This document shows positions 1 through 13,420 of a DNA stretch of 64,000 nt, piece by piece. This DNA comes from Raillietiella orientalis. Its lineage: Eukaryota. The DNA is taken from positions 2,418,001 through 2,482,000 of the forward strand of contig JAYWIR010000015.1 in assembly GCA_036172245.1 (NCBI GenBank), read 5' to 3'. The position numbers and the translations under genes were made by a program. Below the pieces are notes generated by a model that saw only the letters and a list, made by a program, of their open reading frames with translations, had not been told where the DNA came from and did not search any database. The first letter of the stretch is position 1; every line of letters begins with the position of its first letter.

Positions 1-3000
1 TAGACGGAAAGTCCCTCTGCAGTGGGTAGCTAAAAACAAGAGCACCTGGAGAAAAGGATGATGGAAGTGGATTGGGAAGAAAAGTTCAATGGCATCCTTC
101 GAAGATCGCCTGAGTGTCCTAGGTCGCATGGCTGCGCTCCCTCCAGTTCTGTAAGAGGAACCAGCCCATTGCCTACAGGGCATGGGTGCTAACAAGGAAT
201 AGGGAGACCATGTAATCCTCATTGGTGAAAGCCCAGCTATGCTGAAACTGCTCGCGAATTTGACTTGCATAAGTTTGAGAGTTGTCTGCAGGTATAATCT
301 ATGAATTTCTTTGGTCTTTCCTCCCTCTCTGTTCCTCATCGTTCTTTGCTCCCTCTGCTCTTTCTTTCCATCTGATAAAAACTCAGAGCCTTAGGAAAGG
401 TTTCATTCTTTTTTTGTGTTTTTTCCCCTTTGCTACTTTTTCGATCAGGAAAAGTAATCTTTCTTCTGTAGCTAAGGAAAATTTCGAGAAATACAGTATA
501 GGGCATCCGTCATCCATTGTCTTCCGGAAGCTGGTATTCGTTACTCGATGTTTTCTTCTCATGAGAGACGAGGTCACTAGTGGAGCGGAAGAGCGGAATC
601 TCGCTGAAACTGCGGCGCGTCATCCTCTCCTTCCACTTTGCACGTTCCGGGAAGTGATTTTTGTTTGCCGATACAAAGAACTCTTTCCACCATCATTAGC
701 AGGGTATGGTGACTACCAGTTCCTGCTATCCAAAACACAAGAGGAGGTCATGCTTGAAAATTCCACGCCACCTTGAAGTAAAGTTTCTGGAGGGCGACAT
801 TCCTGAATCCCCACACAGGTTGCATGGTCTCTGTGATGTGAGCGCGGTCTCAGTGATTTCCAGGAGTTTCAGAACTTTTTTCTAGGATACGCAACCCTTG
901 ACAATTTTTTTTTATCTCCTTGTATCAGTCTTGGGAGAAGACATCTGTATGAGCTCAAGCGAGGAGGAAGGGGCTCCTGGAAGTTCATCTTCAGCTGCGG
1001 CACCGCTACTCCAGCAGGAAGAGATACCACATTTTTCAGGAGTGAACCTCACTTCGGGAGAGCGATCGAGTGTCCTCCTTCTCTCTCAGCTCCAGGTGCC
1101 AGTGGCACGTTCCATTGGATTCCGAAGAAGTCTGATGATATCTTCTGGCATTGTCAGCTCATGGAGAGTGCAGTAGCAGCAAGAGCATCAAGAGCCTTTG
1201 TCTTGACGACCCCTGTAGAGGTCCCTGACAACCCGAAGTGCTGTCGCTGAAAAGGAAGACGCATGACTTCGTGTTTCCATTCGACACGTCCGTTCTCTTG
1301 CCTGTTACCTACGACATTGCTGCCTATGGACACTCCATGCTGGCACAGGAAGCAAACCAACGTTATTCTCCTTCCTTTGAAAGGTATATGGGCGGAAAAC
1401 TGGTACACTCGGCTTGGTGTCCAAGGTCGTGCTCTTGACGTAGAAGTACTCGAAAAAGAGGGCAAAGAGGGGAATGACTGCCTGCATCAAGGCAGGATGA
1501 TATCAAATCACTTCGACGGTCACGGAAAATGGGACTGAAGATACAGGAGTCCCTCCTCTTGGTAGCTTGTTCGAAAGATTTCATCATTAGTGACTCTGGA
1601 AGGACCACATTGGGAAAATTCTCCTCTTCTACTTATCCATTTTAACAGTTTTACACACCTGCAGCCAGGAAGTAGGGAGGTTTATTCTTTCGGAGGTTCG
1701 TCTTTCAGAAGCGTTGCTGAGCTTCTGATCTTCGAGCACGAGTATCCTCCATGATAGGATGAAAGTTCCGGCGACTTTGACGAGTCGAAGGCCTCTGCTT
1801 AGCAAGGTAAGAGCTCTGGCTCTTCAGCTTCCGATGCCTGGCTGTTGTGTCTGGCTAGTGGAGGTAGGCGAATCATTCTGTAATAAGGAGAAAGTGTGAC
1901 AGGAATAGCTTTAACACGTAGGATTCCGAGTTAGCGATTTAAATTGAATAAACTTACAGTGATTCCAGGAACGTTGAGCCACAGTTCGGGAACTAATCGA
2001 AAAAGGAACAAGTAGAAAAGGTGAAGGGGTAATAGTGTGGGACAAAAACAAATAGAGAGATATAGACGATATAGACAAGGTTTTCATATATGGGAAAACA
2101 ATAGAAGCACCTGGGGAAAAGTTAGTTTTCCTATGGCATAGATTGAGGAAGAAAAGGTCATTGGATTCTACTCATAGCTTTCCTTACAGTCTGTCCCCAA
2201 TGCGGGTAGCAATCTCGTTAATTTTAGAGAGAGCGTGAGGGCATCTCGCTACCTCCTCGTCATAGAAGGATAGAATGGAGGACCGTCCATCTGTGTACTG
2301 CTGCTGCTGCTTCACCGCTTAGTGGTGTTGGCGAGTGCTTCTAACATGTAACATATCATTGACAGCTTCCTGGCGGTCGGGAGTCCTTGCGCCGTTAAGA
2401 GCCGCTGCAGAACCTGACTAGGGGAGTTTTTAAGGAGCACTACCTGATACGCGTAGCTAATTACTGCTGAGAAACTTCCAGTCCAAAAGAAGGTGCGAAA
2501 GCAATGTCACACCCTCCTGACCACACTTCAGAGAAAAGTCACCCTCGTCCAGCAGCTCGAGTTGGCTGGCTGCAAGCGCAAGAAGTGAATCGTCTCGTGT
2601 TGCCATAGAAGAGGAGGCTGCCGAGCTGTTAAAGAGAAGCTAAGACATTTGGTCTCCTTGGAGAAGGAGGGGCCAAGAGTAGCATCAGCAGTCCGATCCC
2701 GTCCCTGAGAAATGCTGGAGGGACCTCGGTTCTACCTCCAGACATTGGTGCCAAGGAGAAGATCAGGAGTAGGAATCGCCTGCGAAATCAGAGAATTGGA
2801 AGGAGGTAAACAAGGCAGGCTAGAAGACAAGGAGGGACACTCCAAGTCATGGAGCCGAAAACAAAATTTCGTTCCTCTTTACTTTGTGGAACCTCTTTTG
2901 TCTCCCACTTGAAGGTCTGATTTCGACCCTCTTCCACACCGACAGATAGTTCTACCCAAGCTGGCAAGCGGTTACTAGCAACCGGTCGCACCGTGAGAGA

Positions 3001-6000
3001 TAAGGTGGAACGGGAAAATGCCTTCCCTCCCTCCATTCTAGTAAAATGTTCGTTTTCCTATCGCTGCAGCTGGTGAGGCTCCTGGTCCGCAGCCGAGGAC
3101 AGCCTCAGAGTCAGCATAGAAACCAGACGCAACAGAAGGGCGCGGCATCCGTCTCAGAGATTTCCTACCAGTCGCATGCCCGCCGGCGAGCCCCTGGATA
3201 TTGCTGACCTCACTTCCGGAACTGCTGGAGATCCCTCCGGAGCCGCTCTGGTTCCCTGAAAACGGAGGAAGGAAATTCGGGAATACCCCAGGTTCGGACG
3301 CGAACTCCCGCGGCTTCCTCCTCATCCTCCTAGACCAGGAGGGGCAAGGCAGACTCCTTGCTGGATCGCACTACAACCCAGGAGAGGGTTGGCTGCGCCT
3401 GGGGTTCAGGAATGGGTGAGGACGTCAACGATCGTGCGCGGCGCTATCCTGCACCCGCTCGCGTCCCGATCTGTCCGCATCCTCCTTCAAATCCTCCTTC
3501 CTTGAACGATAGCGCGGGAGCCGTTTCCTCGGAAATTCCCTTCTCCCGCGAGATCCTTCTTTCGATAAATCTCGCAGCTTCCGGGAACCAGATAAGAACG
3601 GGAGAGCCCCCTCTCGACAAGACGCGTTCGAGTGATTTCGGGATGAGCTGCCGGGAGGAGATAAAAAAAAAAAAATTGGGGGTTCCTGGAGGAGCTTGGA
3701 GCTCGGTCCCTCCGGAGAAGGGTGAAGAGAAGGGAACTCGGAGGTTCGCGTCCCACCTGAGAACGCCATTCCCTCTGTTCGTGGCTCTGCGGGGATTCTC
3801 GGAGCCCTCCCCCCTCCTCCCTCAACTTTCCGGGTTCCCTCGAGGAATCTTGCAGGAAACCTTTCGTGGACGGCTTTCCCGTTATCTCCGATGCCCCCCT
3901 CGCGGCAGGGAACGGGAACTCGAGGAGCGAGGAAGAACTCGAGGAGCACATTCGAGGAAACACGGGAGAACAGACAGTAGTCTCGCATTCGATCCCCCTC
4001 CTCATTCCTCTTCCCTCCCTCGCCCCTAGAACGAATGGCCAGGAGGGAAAGAAGGAGCCTATCCCCGGATCATCGCACGACACTTCCCTTCGAGGCGTCT
4101 ACTCTGTGTCTCCCTGCCTCCGAGAAGCCCTCCCTTTCCGCTCTTTGCGGGGTCCTGGGGCGCCTTCGGGAGCAGACTCCGCCCCCAAGAGCCAGAACGT
4201 TGATCTGGCGCTTGGGGACGTCTGGCATACCTGACTTCCCCTTCCCATATCTCCTCCCCGTGTAGGGAGGAAGTCCCGAATGCGCCGAGGAGACTAGGGG
4301 GAGGAACTTCCTTTTCCGTTTGGATCCTCCCCTGTCGACCTTCTCCCCCTACACCTTCTCTAGTATCTTACAAGGCTGCGGGAAGCGTTTCCGTGGTAGC
4401 AGCCAGTGACGAGAAAACCAACTCTCCCCTTTCCTTCCTTCACTTCCTCTCTCGAGGCTCCTAGGCCGGAGTCCGGGCTGGCGAAGGTATCCCATGCTCT
4501 TCCCAGAGGGACTGAAGGGACGAGAGGAAACACCTCCGAAAGGAACGCGGGATCTCTTCCCGGTAGACTCCAGAGCAAGCCCCGCATTCGAAAAGGAGAG
4601 CCTTCCCTCCCCGATCTGGTGAAGGACCGAAGCGGTGCAGAGGTAGTTGCCCCCTTCCTCTTCCTTCTAAGAGAAAGTACCGCCTTGAAGCCTTCTGGAA
4701 TGTCGCGCGAGACCCTCGTGAGAGATGCCTTGGGGAATCCCAGAGCTCCAGGTGACCTCTCTCTTCCTCCCTGCGCGGCCCCTATGGAGAGGTCCGGGAC
4801 GGCGCTCACGCATTTTTCTCTCCGTCGTTCCTCCCTTCCACGTGGCCTCTTTCTGCTTAGCAGGAATTCCAGGCAGACGAGTCGAATCCCGGGAAAGGAG
4901 GAAGGAGAAGAGGAAGCATGCGCCTACCCCTACCCTCTCTCGTCGTTCCAGTTCCCATCACTCGCCGTTCCCCACCACAAGCTCCTGAAGGGAGAAGTGG
5001 GGAGGGAACCCGATCCTTTCCGTAATGGATTCCTGAGAGCTGGGAGCGGAGTCCATCCGCGGAGCACCCCTTCTCAAGGATTCGAGGAACGTCCTGGGGA
5101 CACCTCACGAGTTGCCCCAAGCAACTTGGGGCATCCGCGGGCACGGAGAGATGCCAATCAGAATTCGCAGCGGAGACAGGGTCCTTCTCGTTTTCCTGAT
5201 TCTTGTTCCTTCGCCGTTCCCTGTTCACTTACGAGGCGATCCTCCCGACTCGTGGGAACTTCAGGCATTTGTCCTCGGGGAAGGGAGGGAAAGGGAGGGG
5301 GAGTAGGCGCTTGGCTGTAGTCGCCAAGGCTCTATTTGTCGTAGACAACAGGAGGGGCCACATGCTGAAGAAGGTGGCAAGGGATGATGGAGAAGGAAGG
5401 CAGGAGGCGACAGACCAAGAGGGTGGCGCGAAATCTCCACCTGCCCGACCCTCGCAAGATCTGCGAGCGCGGATCCGTACCTCGCTGGAGATTCTTTTTT
5501 CCCTCGTCCCTGGGGACGAGAATGAGGAGGGAGGGGGAGAAGAAGGTTCAACCCTTTGATGAATGGATCCAGGCTCAGAGGTACTCCTGGAGAGCTGCGC
5601 GCGCATCCTCATAAAGAGACTCCACTGTCGCCTTCCCTTCTTTCCATTCCCTCTCCAGTTCCCTTCCAGCTCCAGAAACAAAAACAGCTTGTGAGAACGC
5701 CATCCGGGAAAAGAACAGAAGAGTGGAGTCTCGCTTGATGCTGGGGATAGAGGCCTGGGTCCGTGGGTTTCGCCGTTCACTCATGTGACCTACAGAGGGG
5801 TCGCTCGCAGAAATCTGTGAGCTGTCGCGGGCCACGAGCACTGAAAGAAGTAACGCTTGCAGACCCCCCGGGATCCCGCAGTAAACACAGAGCAGATCTT
5901 CCCTCCTTCCCCACTCTAGTAGCTCTCGAAGCAGGTAGGCAGGTCAGGTCGTTCCCTATTGCCTCATCTATCGCTTCCGCTCCCTTCGACCTCCTTAGTC

Positions 6001-9000
6001 GTTCTTGGGGTGGTCGAGGCGACTTTGCGACGAACTTCTGGCTGACTTGCGGATGTGCCTGGGACCACCTCGCACTTCGTGCGTCTCCCAGGGAGAAGCC
6101 ACCGCTCGTGCATGCCAGAACTCTTGGTAGAGCAACCTTTGGGAACGAGAGAGGATCTGGGAAAGGGGTCAAAAGGAATGACAAGAGGGATATTCGTGGA
6201 TCTGTTGTCCTCGACCCCCTCTTTCTAACTCATAGTTCTGTCTTTTCTCTCCACCCCTTCCTCCTTCACCTCTTTAGGAGGGGCAGACGGGTGTGAGATC
6301 GGTGCTTTTTGTCTCTGGGAAGCCGAGGCGAGTCCACTTGTGGGAGGAGGGGGAAGGGCAAGAGTGGAAAAAGCGAGAGAGAACCCCGTGGTCCCGGGAA
6401 TCTCGTTGTTCGGAAAGCCCCGGAGGCACCTTCCTCCACCCTCGGAGAATGCGGATGCTGGATCGGGATGAAGCGTCCTCGTCCCGACCCTTGGAAGGTG
6501 GTTCCCTTCTGTCTCACGAGCGTGGTTGCAGGCGGTGGCAGCTTTCGAGACGATGGAGGGGAAGGAAGGGAGGAGGAAGAGAATTGAAAGGATGCTCTTC
6601 TGGAAGAGAGTCTGTCTCCTCGCGGCCGTATGGGAAGGAAGAAAGACATCGAGACTGCAAGTGAGAGAAGGAAAGCAGGCGGAGGCAGCAAAGAGAGGCT
6701 GCTGCGTTTCTTGCGGAAGCGCTCTTCAGCTCGAGACACCGCACGCCCCGGGTCACCATGGAAATCAACCCTGCCCCAGCCTGCAGAAGACAAGGTTCTT
6801 TCTAGTGGAATGATGTGCTTGCTCCTCTCCACGAGATAGTCCCTTCCAGGCTCCTTCCGTAAGAGGAGGACAAGTCGCGGCAGCTGCGATGCAGTCTTGG
6901 AGTTCCAAAGATTCGGCAAGTGCAATCTTTAGGATCCGTCTTCCTGGGAAAAGGGAGGTTTCTCGGGGCTTTTGTCTCTCGCGAAGGGCAGAGTGAATCA
7001 GGCTGCGGGGGGGCGGAGCAGGGATCTCACTCATGGTCAAGAGGAGGAACCTCCCTCATGTCCAAACGCGCGCCGGCGTGCACGGCGGTCGTGGAGGAAG
7101 GGAGACCTAGCGGTGAAGTTGCAAACTATCCGGCAAATAGGCCTCCGCCTCAAGCATAACCTATGGCAGCCAAGATTTCTGGTTCCATTGTTACTCCAGC
7201 AACGGAAAGAAAGGAGACAGGGAGGCAGTGGAGAAGTGGTCCACTCGTCTCTGCCCGCGATTCAAGTGCGTGCGACCGCCGCAATCTGAAGGATCATTGA
7301 CTGTCCCCCAGCTGAGAAGCGGAGTTTCGTCCTCCGAGGTCCCTACTAAGCCTTCACCTCTTTCCTCCCCTTGCATTCTTCTCCTCCTCCCTCCTCATGC
7401 TTGAAGGGGAACCCTCTACGAGGGTGTTGGATGAGCATCAGAGCCTCTGCGGACGGGCAAGAAATCTAGAGGAGAGGGCAGGAAGAGGCTCCGGAGATGT
7501 GAGGAGGCGAGAGGGAAGGGGGGGAAAGAGCAGAGGGAGCAACTATTCACTACCAAGTTCTGTGAAGCAGAGGCTCCAGCGACTGATGAAGGGACACGGG
7601 AGGAGAGGAGAAAAAAAACCTGCCTCAAGCGGAACGTCGCCCGCTTAGCTCCAGGGATTATCTCCCGAAATGTAAGAGGGATCCCTGGAGCTGGGAGGAG
7701 GGGTCAATCGGGATGGATAGCTTGCGAGGAGGAGTTTCGCGGCACGTGTCTCGGGACTCTGAACAGAGGATGAGCGCGTCCTGCCGCTGCATCGCCTCCG
7801 GGAGGAGCGGCATCAACGTGCCCGCAAGCTATTCATCCCGGTGGCGGGAATAAGGCGGCTTTCTAGCCGGGGAAGGGAGAAGTTACCGGCCATTCGAAAC
7901 GGAGGCTTCCTCCACCCTGTCCTCCTGTTCCCCTTTTTACCATCTTCCCAGAACCTCTTCCCTTTTCTGCTTTCCTCCTCTCCCTTCCTCTCTCGTCTTC
8001 CCGTTTTCCAGGACAAGGAAGTAAGCCCGTGTACGCGCGCTCCGAAGGCCAGGAAGGACTTTGAGGAAGCGACTGTCAGCAGTCGCGCGAGTCTCGTCTA
8101 TCTAAGATGGCAGGCCTCTTCCTGGTTCTTCGCCTTCTTCAACGGGCAAAGGGACCGATTTCTTCGGTCATATATTGGTGGACGCGAAGGTTCTTAGTGT
8201 GCACACGAGAGAAGCGAAAGGATTCGGTGGGACCTGCCATGCAATGGAGGGATGGGGTGAGAACGGAAGGTGAGCTACTGCAATTCCGAAAAAAAGGGGG
8301 AGGAAGAAAGTTTCTGGGAAGAAGGAGGACTCAAAAGGGAAGCGCTCCTCTCTCCCTCCTCTTCTACCTTTCCTCTGCTCCTTTGATCCTCATGGAAGGG
8401 CATGCCTGGGACGGCCAGACGACGACAGTCCTTCCCTCATCGCGCGCCGCTCGAGGAGGAAGGAGGAGGGGAGGAGGTACCGCGGGACGGAATGAAAGAA
8501 AAGGGAGCACTTCCCTTTTCTCGAGAAGTCCCTTCCTCCTCTTTCGAAACAATCTGCCGAAATTTCAAGGCCCTTCCTCGATTCCGTCTCCTTCCTTTCC
8601 TCACCTTTTTCCTCCTCCTCCTCCTCCTCTCCCCTCATTTTTGCCTCTTCCTCCTCTCTCCCCTTCTTCCCCTTTTTCCCCTTCCTGAGCGTCCCCGCAC
8701 AGAAACCGCGTGAGCCCCTCCCAGGTCACGAGGATCCCTCATCACGAGGTTCCCTTTCTCATTTTCCTTCCTTCCCGGAAGCCGTCCAGAACCGAACGGT
8801 TCGCCAGAGGAGCGGACGTACCCTCTTGGTTCCCCTTCTCTGCCCTCTCCCTTCGCTCTCTGGGGCGTGCAGCAGCTGAACGCGTATCGCACGCGATCCC
8901 TCTTTCTGGGGGCTCCTTTAAGCGGATGGGGTGTTTGCGCCCGGCCGCGCAGGGGCGACGAGGGGGGAAGGGGATGCAACAGAGAGGAAGGCAGTGTCCT

Positions 9001-12000
9001 CCCCCTTCCGAAAAAGAGGGGGAGCACTCTCTCTTCGTGGAGACGGGTTGCTTCCCCATCGCTCTCCTCATGGAAGTGGCCCACCCGGAGTCTCGTGCCT
9101 TCCTCTCCCGCCGAACTCTTTCCAAGAGGGTCCACGACGAATCGACCTCCCTTCCACCAGTAGGGACCTGAGATACCACCCTTGCGCTCGCACTCCCGGA
9201 ACTTCCTTTTTTCATTGATACGGACTCGCCTCCCTTCTCCCCTGAGGGCCAGCTTTCAAGACCAGGGCAGCCCAGGGATCTCCCGGAGGAAATAATGAGA
9301 GGGATTATCCTTCCCGGCAGAGCGTCGCTGGACAGCGTTCCCGGCATTGGCATGTGCGACTCTGGGCATTGGGTGAGAGCGGGAGGGAGGAAGCGGGAAG
9401 GAAGAGAGGTGTCTCCCTCCCACTTCCTCCTCTCACAGCGCGCGCAACTGGCAGCACCTTCCTGGCGTCCGCCTGCGTCGTCTCTGCGTCATCCTGGCGG
9501 CTCCGGGACCAGTGGGAGCAGCGGCGGAGGGACTCCTTCCCTCAGTCCCGCCTGCGTTCGCCCCGGCAGCGGGTTCCCGTCATCCCGGAGTACCCCTCTA
9601 CGCCGAGAGAGTGCGGCTTCTTCCCGTCGTACCGGAAACCGGCCGTCCGTGGAATGGTAAGTACGTTCGTGGGGTGGAAGAGGGGGGTAAGACGGAGAAA
9701 TTGGGGAGGACCGTCTTCCTGCCACCCTCGGGACGAAAGAGGAAGGAGGAAGTGCCAAAAGTCCGGGAGAGGGAGGGTCATCCGGATTCTGATCGAATGG
9801 GTTGGATCTCGCACCCCTTTGACCACCCTTTTTCCCCTCCCAACTTCTGCTCGGATTTTTCCTGTCCTCAAGCAAGCTGACGAGCAGCACCTCCTGGGTA
9901 ACGAAACGAGAGGGGGGAGGGGAGAAGAAAGCGGGGAGACCCTGGAACTGCCGTCCTGGAACAGAAGCTCCGCAGACCCGGGAACTCCCTCCTTCCCGCG
10001 TGAGTTTTCCGGGAACCAGAACTCGAAGGCATCCTTTTGGAGGCAAACCTGAGGCGAGGGGCAACGGGGACGAGCTCTTGTCCTCGGGAAGCGAGGGCGA
10101 GGGAAGAACGTCCTCGGCACCTCCCCATGGGACTCCCAACGTTCCTTCTTCCCCGGACTCAGAGTTTGCTGTACGGAAAAGCAGCTCCTCCTCCCCTTCC
10201 TTCCCTCCCTTGGAGAGGGAAGGAGGAGGCTTTCGTCGGACACCTTGAAACCTTCTTCCCCCTCGTGCATTCGTTCCCTGGCAGCGGCATGGAGACCCTT
10301 CCCCTACTAGCCCGGAGCAGCTAAGGAGTGATCCTTCCATTCCACAAGGAGTAAGTGAGAAGAGCTCGCGGTGGTCCTTCCTGGAGAACTCCACGGGAGC
10401 TTTTCCGAAGGCAAGGAGGAGAGGAAGGGGAAGGCATGCTCGCTCAGCTTCTACAGGAGGAACAGAGGGGCGCTTTCCTTCCTCAAAGGGAAGAAGCAGG
10501 GAATAGGCGGAGGAACGGTCCGCGGATCGGCTCCAGATGGACATCTCGCCTATGTTTGGGAAGGGACTCTGAGTGGGAAGGCAAGAACGGAGGAGAGGGG
10601 GGAAGACAACTGCGCAGCTTTGCTCGCTCGTCCTAAGCGATCACCTGGGATGCGCCGGGAAGGAAGGAGAGCTGCGCAAACAGCCGTTTTCCAAAAGCGA
10701 CCTGAATGGATTCTTCGCTGGAAGACCTCCAGGGAGGGAGGGGAAGAGAACGACCAAAAACCACGAGACGCCAGCCTGGGTTCCGGGACCATCCCTGCAG
10801 GAGGGAAATGGGACAAGCATGAGACGCAGTGGACACCATCTGGAAATTCCCTTCCGAGATGCCGCTTCTCAGCGCTCACCTTTTCCCTGATCCCAGAAGG
10901 AACAGAAGAGGCGGGAGGGGGAGGAGGGAAGAAGATATTCCGGGATCTAGAAGCGCCTGCTCTCCTGTCGATTCCTATCTCTCCACCTCGTGGTGCTTCC
11001 TCTTCTCCTCCCCACCTTCCTTCCCTCGGAAAAATCCCCTCCTCCCTTCGTTCCTGGATCTTCAAGGAAGTGATCTCATGTGGTCCAGACCATGGTAGTG
11101 GGGACGAGAGGAAGATGAAGGGTGGCACGGACTCCTCCCACCTGGAGCGGAGTGTTGACCTGACCCGAGAAGAGGACTTGCCCTAAGTCCGTACGGGAAC
11201 ACGGAAGGAGCCATCCGGTGGCTGTTTTTTGGAACATTCTAGATGTATTCCTCCCTTTCCCTTTTTCGCTTCCACGCTTCCCCCCCCCCCATCTTTCCTC
11301 CCCCTCCTCCCTTCCCGTGCTGCGCCGCCTCCTCTACTTTCATGCTATAGGCCGATGCCCTGGCAACGCAAGGGAAAAAGAGCCAAGGGTCCCTTTTCTC
11401 TTGCGCTCTTTGCTCGCACCTTCCCCTCCCCATTTTAGAAGCCTCTTCTCGAGAGAACCTTCCTCCAGCTCCATTTCTCCTCTTCCCCCACCCGCCCGTA
11501 GTCCCCACGTCTCTGAAGCCCTGCCAGAGATTGCTACGGCTCCTCATTTCTTCTTCCATTCCTGCGCGGCCTACTCTTTCCTGTGAGTTGTCCCGAGAGA
11601 GAAAAAGGAGAGGAGTAGGAGGGGGAATGGCCTTTCCTCTCACTTGCTGGAGGAGGGTCGTGAGTTTCGTCCGGAAAATCCTCCAGGATTCGGCAGCGAG
11701 GACACGCGGGGGAGCAGCCTGAACCGAAGGCACCGGGCATGAACAACGGAGAGGAACAGAGGCTAAGGGGACCTCCTCCTCCACTATGATTCGTGACCCA
11801 GATCCGCAGGCATCCTCAGTACGGATCTTCCGGCGACTTCTTCAAAAAAAAATAAAAACTGGCCGGGAGAAGAAAAGTGGTACCTTACCGGTAACGGAAC
11901 TCCTCGAGAATTCTGCGACTGCAACAGCACGTCATCCCACCATCCCACGTTTCGGTGTCCCTTCTCGGCGCCCTTGCCTACAGAACGTACTCCTCAGCTT

Positions 12001-13169
12001 GCGTCAGGAAAACTCCAACAGGATGACGGCGACTTCCACGTGCGTCGCACAAGACCTTCTGGATACTGAAAATTGTATTTGCACTCCCCTCCCCTCGTTC
12101 CTGTGCTCCCCGTGAGAACGCCGGACAAGTGGTCGCTTCCTAACAGGGCACTTCACATAGGGAGTGGGGAGAATTCTTCGCCCGTCTTTTCTCCCTTTCC
12201 CGAACCTATTCCCTGTCCTGGTATCCGCCGCTCGTTTCCGCATGAAAGCTCCCTGACTTAACGCGCCTCTCTTCCCCCCTCCCGGACGGGAACAGGGACG
12301 GTAAGGAATCCTGGATTCAAGGGTCCCCCTTCCATCTCTTGCTCCCCTTCTTCCCTCTGCCCTCCCCTTCTCCTATCCGATGCTAATTTGTCAAATCGCA
12401 CTTCGAGTCACCCACGATCTCCGCGTTTCCATGGCCACGGAAGTCGCAGCACTGGGGAACGGCCTGGTCAATCGCAAGGCCCCGTGGTTCTCCTGCGAGC
12501 CGTGCACGCGTGCGAATCTGAGGAGGAGTGGAGAAAAAGGGAAGGGGCCTGCGCCACACCTACGTCCCCCACACATGCGGGAACACCCTCATCGCTCGAG
12601 CTGGAGACTTTTGGGATGGCTAAAGCCGTAGTAGCGATGCTCCACTTCTCACCGGACCTCTTCCCTTTGGTGAGTCTTTGCTTTGCCGAATGAGGCTTTT
12701 CCCGTGAGAGCGACTACGACCCATCCTCGTCTTACCCTCATCCACGTCGAAATAGGGAGGACTCTTTGCTGAAGCAGGCACGAATGCTCAGGGAGGAGTC
12801 TTCCTCTCGTCCAGTGTCTTGGTTCTCCCGCATGGGAGCAAATAAGGGAGGAGAGACCAAGCATGAGGGCCGCGCTGTTTGCTGCCCAATTTGCTTCCGG
12901 AGTCGGCCACTTCCGGAGAGACACAGTCCGGCTTCCTCCTCCTTGCGGTTCAGGCACGTACGAACACCGAGATCAGAGACGTTCCTGCACCCGCGGCTGC
13001 TCCTTCTGCTGGTGGCGGCACACGGAATGGAACTCGAGCCAGAAGGCAACGCGGCGGAACGCCTCGCAAGAGGGCGGGGATTGTGGCAGATGGCGGCGTC
13101 CTTTCTTGCGCGCCGTGCTCATCTTTCAAGTTTCTTTAGCTGGTTTCTGGAGAGTGCGAAACTCATGCA

Positions 13170-13420
13170 AGAGAAAGACTAAAAAAAAAAAAGGAGATGT
13201 AAGAGGTAAAAGGATGAGAAAGAAAAAGGAAGAGAGATTCAGATGAAGCGGATGATAAATGGAGAGGGAGGAGGAAACACAGAAGCCGAAGAAGAAAGAA
13301 AAAGTGAGATAGGAAGGAAAAAAGAAAAGAAGAGAAGATAGTAAAAAAGAAAGAATGAGTAATTGAGGAATATGAGAAAATAAGAAAGAAAGATAGAGGA
13401 GTGGCGAGAAGTGACATTGT
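13170..13420 (+). repeat. Long polypurine (GA-rich) low-complexity tract
   Basis: About 250 bp of predominantly A/G on the + strand, including an A12 run. Confidence 0.8.

Noticed and set aside
3358..11186. Long overlapping ORFs such as 4406-5320 (304 aa), 9489-10544 (351 aa) and 10371-11186 (271 aa)
   Set aside because: Low-complexity R/G/E or P/S/L products on all six frames with no recognisable domain. This is expected from stop-codon scarcity in GC-rich, GA/CT-tract DNA.
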